From positions 1-46,028 of the forward strand of contig JAAFKJ010000119.1 of the NCBI GenBank assembly GCA_021399395.1: 46,028 nucleotides of DNA, in the 5' to 3' direction. This document shows, piece by piece, positions 30,065 through 39,231 of the stretch (positions within the stretch are counted from its first letter, which is position 1; every line of letters begins with the position of its first letter). Source of the DNA: Candidatus Heimdallarchaeota archaeon (GTDB taxonomy: Archaea > Asgardarchaeota > Heimdallarchaeia > Heimdallarchaeales > Heimdallarchaeaceae). The notes below the pieces were generated by a model. The model saw only the letters and a list, made by a program, of their open reading frames with translations, had not been told where the DNA came from and searched no databases. The position numbers and the translations under genes are program-made.

Positions 30065-32686
30065 ATGTCCTCAGAACATAATATAGCAATCATAACTGTA
30101 GGGTATAAGAATAGTCCCTTTGTCAGGGAGGTACTGCGTAATGAGATTATTCCCTATTCTGTAATCGCTAATAATTCAAGTGATTTTCAGATTCATCATG
30201 CAGATCCCTCAAAAATCTTGTACTACAGTTTAGAATTTACTAACTTAATTGAAATGATTGCACAAAAAAGTATGGATTCCTTAGCCGTTTTTGAAACACT
30301 TGGACAGTTTTTTGAGTTCTATAATCCTTTGCATCTTTCTACACTCAATTATTTAATTTCCAAATACGCAACAAGTATCAAACCAGAGGTACAAGACTAC
30401 AGGAATGCATGGAAGGAAATAACCACAGCTATTTTTGATGAAGTATTCATTTACCCGCTTTTTGAAGAATCTAGAATATTCCACTTAAAACAAGGAGAAG
30501 TAGAAGTGCCTGTAAGACAGTTTTTGATATCAGAAACTTTAGAAAGACAAAAGGAAAACTCCAAGAATAATATCAAATTGAAGGAACAAGCACTTGAAGA
30601 AATAACCGGGATAATAGATCTTGAGTTAATACCTAAAATGAAGGTATGTAATGAGGCTGTAAAGAAGATTGTATCCGCTTCAGGAGTTATCATTGTTCCT
30701 ACAGATGTTATTTCGCTCTATATTCTCTTTCAATCAACTTCATTCAAAGAAGCCCTTCAAAAAACAGATGGGAAAATAGCTTTCATCTCTCCATTCTGGA
30801 CAGAACATAAATTAAACCATATAGAAAAACTGATTCTAGAAAAAACAGAATTTGAACCAAGTCTCATTAACACAGTAAAACTAGTTAAAGATTATGTAGA
30901 TGCTGTAATTATAGATGATAAAGATACAGAACTAGTTGCTACTTTAAGAGAGGAAGGTATCACTGTTCTTGTTGAGGATTTGCTACCTGAGAAACAAGGA
31001 TCAACAGATTTCTTAGAGATGATTCTTAAAACAATTGATTTGTCCTTAGATTCAATTGCAATCGAACCTAAAGGGTTAATCGAAGGTTTAGGTGAAAAAC
31101 TAGTTAATCTCTTCAGAGTAAGAGAACCTAAAGAGGAAAAACCGACCACACAAGAAGATACAAAAGTAATCGAAATATCAGCTGATCCTAACGATCAAGA
31201 TATTTTAGAAAGTCTTATTGATGAAGTTCCGGAATTTCAAGAAATAACGAAAGCAGAATTGAAAGTGATAGATACTGACCCCCTACTAGACAATGAAAAA
31301 GAAATTCTAACTGATGAATTTGAAATGGAAGTTATCGACACTCAAAAGGACATTCCACCTATCCCAACTCCTCCTCCAAAAGAAATTCCTAAAGAGACAG
31401 ATATACTGATTCAAAAAAGTGAGGGACAGTTTGTTCTTCCAGGTATTGAGCAAATAACTCAATTTGAATTAGAAGATCTTGATTCTCTAGATGTTGATGA
31501 ACATATTATTACTTCCTTTATTGAAAGAGCCATGACTTCGAACACTGCAGGTGTAGAGGTGGTCTTTTCAGATTTGCTCGCACTTCAGAATAATCCACTA
31601 TTGATAGACAAGATCTATCAAACGATAATGAAGAGATTATTGAAAATTCGTGAAATTGATCCAGCGGAGAAAATTGCTGATATTATCACTTATCTATCTG
31701 CTCACAAGCCTGAATTTTATACAGAAAAACTGACTTCACTTCTTGAGGAAACAATTAACTCTGAGACAGAAAGTGAGTTTTATCAGAATTTGAGAACAAC
31801 CTCTTTAGTTATCAGAAGTTCTTTATTGATTGCTGGAGAAATAATAGAGACTTTTATTACAAAATATATTGGTACAAGTGATATTTATCTCGAGGATAAA
31901 TTAAGAAGAATGATTAATTTATTCAGTGCAACAGATACAGACATGATGCAACTTGTATCTAGGGTTCTTCTAAGTATATTCACACTTGAAATATCTAAAG
32001 AAGATCAAAATGATGAAATTATCAATAGAATTGTTGCGTTCTTAACAATGTTTGATGGATTTACAGTAAGTATAGCCTTAATTACTCAAGATTCTGACAT
32101 TGTAAGAGAAAGCTTTCTAGACGAAATCTCTGAATTACAGATAAACATTCCATTCAAAACTATAATTTCGAATTTGATAGGTATTTACAACAATTCTACT
32201 TATGAGGAACTAATTCAAGAGTTACATGGTAGGATTTTGCCAGATACTGTTGAACTAGAGATGATGAAGAGGAAGTATGTTAGTAGTCTCTCTAAAGTTG
32301 GTTCCATACCTTTAGAGCTTTTTGCAGATCAAGTAGGTTTGGCTGTCGAGAAAGCAGAAAAAATGATTTATGATATGATACTAAAAGAAGAGATTTCTGC
32401 TAGAATAGAATTAGTGAATGGAAGATTATATATTGTTCAAGAAGGCAAAGAACCCATTCCTGAAGAAATATCCGTGTCTGAAGAATCTATAGAAGCAGTA
32501 GAGCCTAAGAAGGAAGCACCTAAGAAGGAAGTGCCTAGGAAGGAAGTGCCTAGGAAGGAAGTGCCTAAAAAAGAAAGCACAAAAGAAGTTTTAGAAACTG
32601 AAGAGTTTACTTGTTCTGAATGTGACAAATCCTTTACCTCAAAAAGAGGTTTAACAATGCATTTCACTAGAATGCATAAGAAATAA
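30065..32686 (+). CDS. Multidomain protein: degenerate CofD/UPF0052-like domain, acidic linker, helical region, PCI winged helix, low-complexity repeat, C2H2 zinc finger
   Basis: CofD-like EAVKKIVSASGVIIVPTD...ISPF...VDAVIIDDKD...GITVLVEDL; PCI-like SIPLELFADQVGLAVEKAEKMIYDMILKEEISARI; FTCSECDKSFTSKRGLTMHFTRMH. Confidence 0.72.
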   Translation: MSSEHNIAIITVGYKNSPFVREVLRNEIIPYSVIANNSSDFQIHHADPSKILYYSLEFTNLIEMIAQKSMDSLAVFETLGQFFEFYNPLHLSTLNYLISKYATSIKPEVQDYRNAWKEITTAIFDEVFIYPLFEESRIFHLKQGEVEVPVRQFLISETLERQKENSKNNIKLKEQALEEITGIIDLELIPKMKVCNEAVKKIVSASGVIIVPTDVISLYILFQSTSFKEALQKTDGKIAFISPFWTEHKLNHIEKLILEKTEFEPSLINTVKLVKDYVDAVIIDDKDTELVATLREEGITVLVEDLLPEKQGSTDFLEMILKTIDLSLDSIAIEPKGLIEGLGEKLVNLFRVREPKEEKPTTQEDTKVIEISADPNDQDILESLIDEVPEFQEITKAELKVIDTDPLLDNEKEILTDEFEMEVIDTQKDIPPIPTPPPKEIPKETDILIQKSEGQFVLPGIEQITQFELEDLDSLDVDEHIITSFIERAMTSNTAGVEVVFSDLLALQNNPLLIDKIYQTIMKRLLKIREIDPAEKIADIITYLSAHKPEFYTEKLTSLLEETINSETESEFYQNLRTTSLVIRSSLLIAGEIIETFITKYIGTSDIYLEDKLRRMINLFSATDTDMMQLVSRVLLSIFTLEISKEDQNDEIINRIVAFLTMFDGFTVSIALITQDSDIVRESFLDEISELQINIPFKTIISNLIGIYNNSTYEELIQELHGRILPDTVELEMMKRKYVSSLSKVGSIPLELFADQVGLAVEKAEKMIYDMILKEEISARIELVNGRLYIVQEGKEPIPEEISVSEESIEAVEPKKEAPKKEVPRKEVPRKEVPKKESTKEVLETEEFTCSECDKSFTSKRGLTMHFTRMHKK
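32504..32578 (+). repeat. In-frame 15-bp tandem repeat, 5 copies, encoding P(K/R)KE(A/V/S)
   Basis: CCTAAGAAGGAAGCA, CCTAAGAAGGAAGTG, CCTAGGAAGGAAGTG x2, CCTAAAAAAGAAAGC. Confidence 0.92.
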
Positions 32687-32767
32687 ATTTTGAAACTATT
32701 CTATCTTAATTAATACGTAATAAGTTGAATCAATAGATTTAAAGAACATCTTTCCTTTTTTTGAATT

Positions 32768-33766
32768 ATGCTTATTTGTCTCTTTAAATTGGAAGAAGTG
32801 GGGCCGAATTTAGTAGAAATGGTACTAGATAAAAACGTAGAATTTTCTCAAGATACTATTGATAAATTTACATTCTCAGGTTCAGTAACATACTCTCTTG
32901 TTTTTCAAGGAATGGTTACATTGGAAGATATGACAACAGAATTATATGGACCTTTTCCATTTGCATTTTCATCAGGTTTTGTTCAATATGCGTTCTCCTT
33001 TATTGCAGAAGATAAAACTATGACAGATGTAAGAATGAAAGAGAAAACACTCGGTTTACTAATTATGTTGGTACCTGAAATGGTGGCAAAAGTTGATACT
33101 TTTAGAGAAGAATTAGCTAAACTCTTGATTTATAAATTTCACAAAATTTACAAGATCTCACAAGTGGATACAAAGTTCTTAAAAAGTATAATATCTTCAT
33201 ACAACAAGATTCTACAAGATTTGCTAAGCTTTCAACAAGCAGAATTATTATCCACTCAGATTTTAGAATTTGTAGAGACAACAACAAAACAAAAGAAGAA
33301 AACTATCAGTAATATCGCAATTATCTATCCAAAGGAATTTATTGGAAATATCAAGAAATATTATGCACAACTTCTAAGTTCTTTGCCATACAAAGAATCA
33401 TTTTACTCAGAAGATAAAGCTCAAATTAAGACTCCTACTTATGAATTCAATTTTCTTCAAGAAACCTTAGTAACAGAAGAATTTTTGAGTTCACAAAAAG
33501 CAATAATACTTCTAGTTGATGTTAAAAACAAGCAATACAAGAATGTATATAAAGTCACTTCAATGCTTAAAGATTCTCTGAAAATTGCTCTTGTTGTTTC
33601 TTTACCTGAAAAAATAGAAAAGGCTAGTACGGAATATGCAAAATTCTTCACAGGATTGCAAAGATACATTGGTAGTATGCCATTTTTCTCAGCAAGTTTT
33701 AACTCGAGTTATGAGTTTAAGACTAAAATGTTAGAAGCGCTCTTCTGGACATTATCTCCTGAATAG
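32768..33766 (+). CDS. Hypothetical protein: longin/uDENN-like N-terminal domain plus degenerate small-GTPase-like C-terminal domain
   Basis: LICLFKLEEVGP (hhhF....GP), YGPFPF, YAFSF...D.R; C-terminal KAIILLVDV, IALVVSL, MPFFSAS in Ras-fold order but without a P-loop. Confidence 0.5.
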   Translation: MLICLFKLEEVGPNLVEMVLDKNVEFSQDTIDKFTFSGSVTYSLVFQGMVTLEDMTTELYGPFPFAFSSGFVQYAFSFIAEDKTMTDVRMKEKTLGLLIMLVPEMVAKVDTFREELAKLLIYKFHKIYKISQVDTKFLKSIISSYNKILQDLLSFQQAELLSTQILEFVETTTKQKKKTISNIAIIYPKEFIGNIKKYYAQLLSSLPYKESFYSEDKAQIKTPTYEFNFLQETLVTEEFLSSQKAIILLVDVKNKQYKNVYKVTSMLKDSLKIALVVSLPEKIEKASTEYAKFFTGLQRYIGSMPFFSASFNSSYEFKTKMLEALFWTLSPE

Positions 33767-33770
33767 AAAA

Positions 33771-34877
33771 TTAAATTTCCATCTTTTTTATACTATTTCG
33801 GTTGATCTGGTCTTCTAGAACCTCAACACCAATTCCTGCACTTTTAGTAGGAACTGTTAATGTTCCATCAGCATTTAATTCGAATATCGGTTCTATAACA
33901 TAATCACTATAATATCGAGCACTCTCGCTAATATCATTTGCTAGAGTAAAAGTACTCAAACTAGCAACTGAAACATTCTTAGCTCTCCCGATACCTGTTT
34001 CAAGCATTCCACCACACCAGAGAGGAATTTTTACCTCCTTCGCCAAGTTGTGTATAAGTAAAGTTTCAGAAATTCCACCAACTCTTGCAGGTTTTACATT
34101 AATTATTCTAGTTGCATCTATCTCAATTGCTACTCTAGCATCGTCTACACTTTTTATCGATTCATCTAAACAAATTGGAGTAGAAATCTCCTTCTGAAGA
34201 GATGCATGATCAATAATATCATAATACTGTAATGGCTGTTCTATCATTAGTAGGTCATATCTATCTAGGTTCACGAAAATGTCTTTATCTTTAAGTCGAT
34301 AAGCACTGTTAGCATCTACCATTAAAGGCAAATCAGGAAAATGATCCCGTATTTCTTTAATTATTCCAACATCCCATCCATGCTCAATCTTAATTTTCAC
34401 TCTTTGATATTTTTTCTCAACAGCAGTTTGGATTTTTTGTAGGAGAATATCTTTATTCTGCTGAATTCCAAGTGAAATTCCAGAAGCAATTTTTTCCTTT
34501 GTTCCACCGATTAAACTTTGTAGAGTTTTGCCTTCTATTCTACCAAAAAGATCCCATATGGCGTCTTCTACACAAGCTTTTGCCATCTGATTTCCCTTAA
34601 TGCTCATACACATTTCTTTGAATTCTTTAGGATGTAGGATTTCCTTGTTTTTTATCCAAGGTACAAGATACTCTGAGATAATGTGAATGCAAGAATTTGT
34701 TGTCTCACCTGAATACCAAGGACCAGCTTCTGAAACACACTCACCCCATCCTTTAATCCCTCCAGCTTCAAGACACACAAATAGCATATCACGATCCTTT
34801 GTTTCACCAAAACTTGTTCTGAAAGGGTGTTGTAAATTCATTCTGAGTAAATAGAGTCTAGCCTTATCTATTATCAT
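33771..34877 (-). CDS. menC: o-succinylbenzoate synthase / N-succinylamino acid racemase (NSAR/OSBS subfamily, enolase superfamily)
   Basis: PFRTSFG, KIK, VDANSAY, IEQP, LDESI, NVKPARVGG, WCGGMLETGIGRA. Confidence 0.9.
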   Translation of the reverse strand: MIIDKARLYLLRMNLQHPFRTSFGETKDRDMLFVCLEAGGIKGWGECVSEAGPWYSGETTNSCIHIISEYLVPWIKNKEILHPKEFKEMCMSIKGNQMAKACVEDAIWDLFGRIEGKTLQSLIGGTKEKIASGISLGIQQNKDILLQKIQTAVEKKYQRVKIKIEHGWDVGIIKEIRDHFPDLPLMVDANSAYRLKDKDIFVNLDRYDLLMIEQPLQYYDIIDHASLQKEISTPICLDESIKSVDDARVAIEIDATRIINVKPARVGGISETLLIHNLAKEVKIPLWCGGMLETGIGRAKNVSVASLSTFTLANDISESARYYSDYVIEPIFELNADGTLTVPTKSAGIGVEVLEDQINRNSIKKMEI

Positions 34878-34930
34878 ATCAATAACCTAATACGGATATT
34901 TCTCCATTAAAGAGTTAAAAATCTTATCTC

Positions 34931-35770
34931 TCATCTTTCAAGAATATGAAAACATCTTATGAAATCTTGCTCTTTCTTAATAACAAAGTCAATAACTTTG
35001 TAACCTTTTTTGAAGTAATTTTGGAATATAGTTCTTGTTTGCAATCTCCAATCAATTGCGAGAGATTTATGTGCTTTTTTCATTTCAATAAAATTGCTGG
35101 GCACTTCAATACCTATGTTTTGTATATTAAAATCTAAACACAAATCTTGTATTTCAAGAAAAACTCCACTTTTCTTTGTATTAATTACTAGGTGTTCTTG
35201 ATTCTTTATTAGATCACTAAAATCTGTATGCTTTTGATTCAGATGATTTTTAACATGTTCAGATTCCAAATCCCAGTTACAAAAGAACCTATCAGTCTCT
35301 ATTCCTTCATTAAGTTCATCCTTTAGTTCTAACCAGTAATTAATTTTGTATGAATTACATGTAGCTCCTAGCTTATGAATATTTAAGTAAACATTTTTTG
35401 TTTGTAAAGGATCAAAAACCCATTTAATTTGGGAAAACCCGTTTTTAATCGACCATTTTCTCTGTTCCGACTTTAGCTGAAATCCAATTCCCCTGTTTTG
35501 ATACTCTTTCCTTACTGCATTGTGATGAGAATAGATATAATTTCCATATTGTTTATTGTACCCAACCCATCCCCAGACGTATCCAATCATCAAATCCTCT
35601 TCATAGGCACCAATTACAACTCCTCCACTCTTGAAAGTTGCATAAGGAATTCTCTTAGGTACAAGTTCTCTCTCTGGAACATCCCAAGAATCTGTTTGAA
35701 TTTCTTCAATTTGATAAAATTCTTCAAAATCTGTTAATTCGCGATATTCTATCTTGCTGCTCATCTTCAC
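34931..35770 (-). CDS. GNAT acyltransferase, probable D-amino-acid N-succinyltransferase
   Basis: YSHHNAVRKEYQNRGIG...WVFDPLQTKN...KLGA...TDRF...W; adjacent to and co-oriented with NSAR/OSBS. Confidence 0.82.
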   Translation of the reverse strand: MKMSSKIEYRELTDFEEFYQIEEIQTDSWDVPERELVPKRIPYATFKSGGVVIGAYEEDLMIGYVWGWVGYNKQYGNYIYSHHNAVRKEYQNRGIGFQLKSEQRKWSIKNGFSQIKWVFDPLQTKNVYLNIHKLGATCNSYKINYWLELKDELNEGIETDRFFCNWDLESEHVKNHLNQKHTDFSDLIKNQEHLVINTKKSGVFLEIQDLCLDFNIQNIGIEVPSNFIEMKKAHKSLAIDWRLQTRTIFQNYFKKGYKVIDFVIKKEQDFIRCFHILER

Positions 35771-35777
35771 AACCCCT

Positions 35778-37067
35778 TCATTTTTCGAACGAAAGAGACT
35801 GGACAGTTGTATTGGTTAGAAATTCAAAAAGAATAACAGCAAATGCATAAGCTAAATTACTCGGAGTGTATCTGTCTCCCTTGGTTAATCTTCGAATTCT
35901 AAAAAGTAATTGTTGAATTATTGTCTGCTTGTTCTCTTCAATGAATTCATATGGGTCTGAAACGAATTTAGCATACAATCTAATGTCTATCAGAGGTAAT
36001 GCCATCTGGGGGTATTCTTCAAAAATACTAAACCAAGTATCTAATAAGTATTGAAGATATCTTTCTTGATCGGCAATATCCTGTACACCAAATTCTTCAA
36101 TAGCCATCCTACGTAAAACTTTCTCAATATTTCTTTCTAAATTAATTCTTTTAGTTTCTGTGGTTTCTCGTCTCAATTTCAGAGTTTCAAATAAAGTCTG
36201 TTCAATTGCAGATAAAAACTGTTCAATCCTGCCTTGATCTATTTTCCGTTGATCCAACCCTTGGAATTCTTTTCTAACATCAGCTGTTTTTTCTTCAAAT
36301 TCTTGATGACGTTTTTCTATAGTTTTCTGAAATGCTTTTTGAAGTATCTCGTGATATTGTGAGATAATTAACTGGTTAATTAAATCATATAGTGTATTTT
36401 CATCATCGCTTGGAGGGTATTTGTTAATAAATTCATTGTAAATTTGACCTGTGGATTTTATTGAACTAGATAAATGTTCATCATACATTATCTTCTCTAA
36501 TGCATATGCATATGTCGCAGCTATAAATCTTAAATCTACGGCAAATTCACCAACCTCAAAGAACAAAAATGACTCAGTAATTGCAGGGATGAAATTTCTA
36601 ACATTTAGTATTGTTTTTACTATCTCTTCTTCAATTTCCAAACTACTAAGTTCGATGAAATGATGAATTATATAGTTAATCGAATTGGTCACTGTTTTTA
36701 TGCTATTAATAAAAGAAGACAACAAGCCAACAAATTCATCATCTGTACATATCTGTTTTTTATCTGTTGCCTCTAATAATGCTGAGATATCTTCTGCATA
36801 GAACTGTGCTTCATATTTCTTAAGAATGTCTTCAGTTATGATAATACCGTAAATTGCCAATGCCATATCTTTCTTTTGAGGTGAAAGGAAGCCAATTTCA
36901 GTTTTCAATTCTCTTCGTAGCTCACTCAAGAAAGTTGGTTGAGTTTGTACAAAGTGCTTAATTTTTGATTCAAGCGTAGAGTAGATGTTTCGAAAATCGT
37001 TCATAATTTCTACGACATCTTTTGGTTCATAACTTAATTCTTCTATATCTACAACATCCCTATACAT
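35778..37067 (-). CDS. Hypothetical all-helical/coiled-coil protein, 429 aa
   Basis: Long ORF overlapping the upstream gene by 8 bp; no motif recognised. Confidence 0.6.
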   Translation of the reverse strand: MYRDVVDIEELSYEPKDVVEIMNDFRNIYSTLESKIKHFVQTQPTFLSELRRELKTEIGFLSPQKKDMALAIYGIIITEDILKKYEAQFYAEDISALLEATDKKQICTDDEFVGLLSSFINSIKTVTNSINYIIHHFIELSSLEIEEEIVKTILNVRNFIPAITESFLFFEVGEFAVDLRFIAATYAYALEKIMYDEHLSSSIKSTGQIYNEFINKYPPSDDENTLYDLINQLIISQYHEILQKAFQKTIEKRHQEFEEKTADVRKEFQGLDQRKIDQGRIEQFLSAIEQTLFETLKLRRETTETKRINLERNIEKVLRRMAIEEFGVQDIADQERYLQYLLDTWFSIFEEYPQMALPLIDIRLYAKFVSDPYEFIEENKQTIIQQLLFRIRRLTKGDRYTPSNLAYAFAVILFEFLTNTTVQSLSFEK

Positions 37068-38277
37068 CTTTCATCTCTCCAGTAAATAACGAATCAATAT
37101 CTTTGTAACTAGTAATTTTCTCAAGCTCCTTACCTTTGATAAAAGGTGTAACTTTCCAATCCCTTAATTCAGATTTTGTGATAATTTGTTCCCAATTGAA
37201 GTCACCTTTCAGACCATTTTTTATGTCTCTCATAATAACAGGTAGAGACACACTTGAAAGGAAGTTTGTGTCACTATGACGTGTATCGGTAATACATGCA
37301 AAAATAATGACTTCTTTGTTATCTTTTACTTCATGAGTGAAGTGAATTCTTATGATATCATTAGTGTCTTCATATTGAAAAACTGCATCAGAAGGGATAG
37401 AAATCTTATTCTTCATTTTAAATTCATCGAGTTGATTAAGTATCAATAGCAATTTTCGGTTAAGAAATGATTTGTTGATGAGATTAAAGAAACTCATAGG
37501 TGAGGATTCTTCTTGATCAGGAATCATACTTTCTATTTGTTCTGGAACAACAAATGAGATATTCTCAACTTTCAACATAGGCGGTGCAAGTAAAATCTCT
37601 CCTCCACATTCACATGCAGTGTTTGAGCTTTCTTCTGAGCTTGTAAAGACCTTCCCACATGAACCATTACACTGTAGAATGTCTGTCAATACATAGGTTT
37701 TGAGTAGAACAGCTCCTGTTATCATTGGTGATAAGCTTGAAAACTCAGCTCTGCTTCTCAAACTATATTCATCACAAATTTGCCAATGAAGATATCTACC
37801 TAATCTTTGTAGATCAATATTTATCTCCTCAACCTGTTTTTCTAGATTTATTTGTTCTAACTCCTTCTGCTGTTCAGTTCGAGCATAGACACCAGATAAA
37901 GCGTTTGTAATTAATTTTATTTCTTCATATGTGCTGGTCAGATCAATATCATTAAAACTTGAACTAAAATAATTCAAAAGACTACAATTGTTTTTTTTAT
38001 TTTTAGTAAAAATAGCATGACTCTGGTTCTCGTTAATATTTGATGTATCTAACAGTACATGTTTCGAACCATTTAGTATGAATCTACGATCGTTAAATAT
38101 GTCAGCTAGATTGGCATTTAAGAGCGCTTTTTTCAATTGTTTTGTGCACTCAATATCTACATCACCACTTGTATTTTTCAAACATTCAACGATGTGATTT
38201 GGTAGATTTAAATTGTTGTTCACTATTTCATAAATATACAAATTCTGAAGCTCTGAAGTTGATTTTTCAGTATCCAT
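37060..38277 (-). CDS. Hypothetical protein with internal Zn-ribbon (CxxxC...CxCGG)
   Basis: LQCNGSCGKVF...ACECGGEI; 405 aa. Confidence 0.6.
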   Translation of the reverse strand: MDTEKSTSELQNLYIYEIVNNNLNLPNHIVECLKNTSGDVDIECTKQLKKALLNANLADIFNDRRFILNGSKHVLLDTSNINENQSHAIFTKNKKNNCSLLNYFSSSFNDIDLTSTYEEIKLITNALSGVYARTEQQKELEQINLEKQVEEINIDLQRLGRYLHWQICDEYSLRSRAEFSSLSPMITGAVLLKTYVLTDILQCNGSCGKVFTSSEESSNTACECGGEILLAPPMLKVENISFVVPEQIESMIPDQEESSPMSFFNLINKSFLNRKLLLILNQLDEFKMKNKISIPSDAVFQYEDTNDIIRIHFTHEVKDNKEVIIFACITDTRHSDTNFLSSVSLPVIMRDIKNGLKGDFNWEQIITKSELRDWKVTPFIKGKELEKITSYKDIDSLFTGEMKDV

Positions 38278-38434
38278 GATAGTTTCTCCTTACCAATGAC
38301 AAGCACTATCACCCAATTTGAAATTTATTGGATAATTTAACTTCATTTTGATTATTACTCAAGGGTTTTTCAACTTTTACTTAATTTTTTGTCAAAAATA
38401 AAAAAGATTGGAATAAATTCCCTAAAATTTGTAG

Positions 38435-38947
38435 CTATTTTTCCTTTTCTAATGCTATATTAACGATTTTTCTGAAGACAGGATAAAGATTATTATCTTC
38501 TTTTGCTGACACTTCGAAATATTCTGTTTCAAAATCTGAAGCAAGTTTTTCTCCCTCTTCAATTGCTACCTTTCTTTTTTCTTCTAAATCAGTTTTATTT
38601 CCAACAATGACAATTGGAATCTCACCGACAGATTCGTTAAGCAAATCCTTCCAGTATTTTAGTTTATCAAAACTTTCTCTGTTAGTTATATCATATATAA
38701 GAGCTGCAACAGCTGACCCTTGAAAATACTTTGGAAGAACTGGTAAAAATCTTTCTTGGGACCCAGAATCTCCAATAATTAATCTAATATCCTTCCCATC
38801 GATCATAGTGTTCCATATAAGAAAATTAGCTCCTAAAGTTGGATGATGTGAAACGGGGAAAGATCCTTGAGCTTGTCTAAGAGCTATGGACGTTTTTCCT
38901 ACTCCTGGTTCTCCACACAAAGATACTTTGAAGCTTATATCGGTCAT
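38435..38947 (-). CDS. Rab/Ras-like small GTPase
   Basis: G1 GEPGVGKT, G2 PTLGANF, G3 variant DSGSQERF, YDIT, G4 GNKTD, G5 EVSAK; no C-terminal Cys prenylation motif. Confidence 0.93.
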   Translation of the reverse strand: MTDISFKVSLCGEPGVGKTSIALRQAQGSFPVSHHPTLGANFLIWNTMIDGKDIRLIIGDSGSQERFLPVLPKYFQGSAVAALIYDITNRESFDKLKYWKDLLNESVGEIPIVIVGNKTDLEEKRKVAIEEGEKLASDFETEYFEVSAKEDNNLYPVFRKIVNIALEKEK

Positions 38948-39045
38948 ATATCATTCTACTTGTTGTTTTTTTGCTTTAAAGCGTTGTTATTGTCCTAAGA
39001 AAGAAAATCATTTATATTACTGCTAATTCTGTCATTTGAGTTCTT

Positions 39046-39231
39046 ATGACAAATAGAGAGAAATGTGGCGATTACGAAATCTATCAGAATGAACATGGTT
39101 GGTGGGTTGTAGAGAAATCAGACGATGGAACAGTGATAGGCAAATTTCTGAAGAAAGAAGACGCTCTAGAGAACATAGCTAATTTTCTACAAGATGATTC
39201 AGAAAGAACAGAATCGGAATCAGTTTGTTGA
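39046..39231 (+). CDS. Small 61-aa protein (DUF2188-like), overlapping the radical SAM gene start
   Basis: YEIYQNEHGWWVVEK...KFLKKEDAL; AT-rich TATA-like element (TTTATAT) upstream; 7-bp overlap with the next ORF. Confidence 0.55.
   Translation: MTNREKCGDYEIYQNEHGWWVVEKSDDGTVIGKFLKKEDALENIANFLQDDSERTESESVC

Noticed and set aside
32504-32578. Possible CRISPR-like array
   Set aside because: 15-bp contiguous in-frame units with no spacers, and no cas genes in the window.
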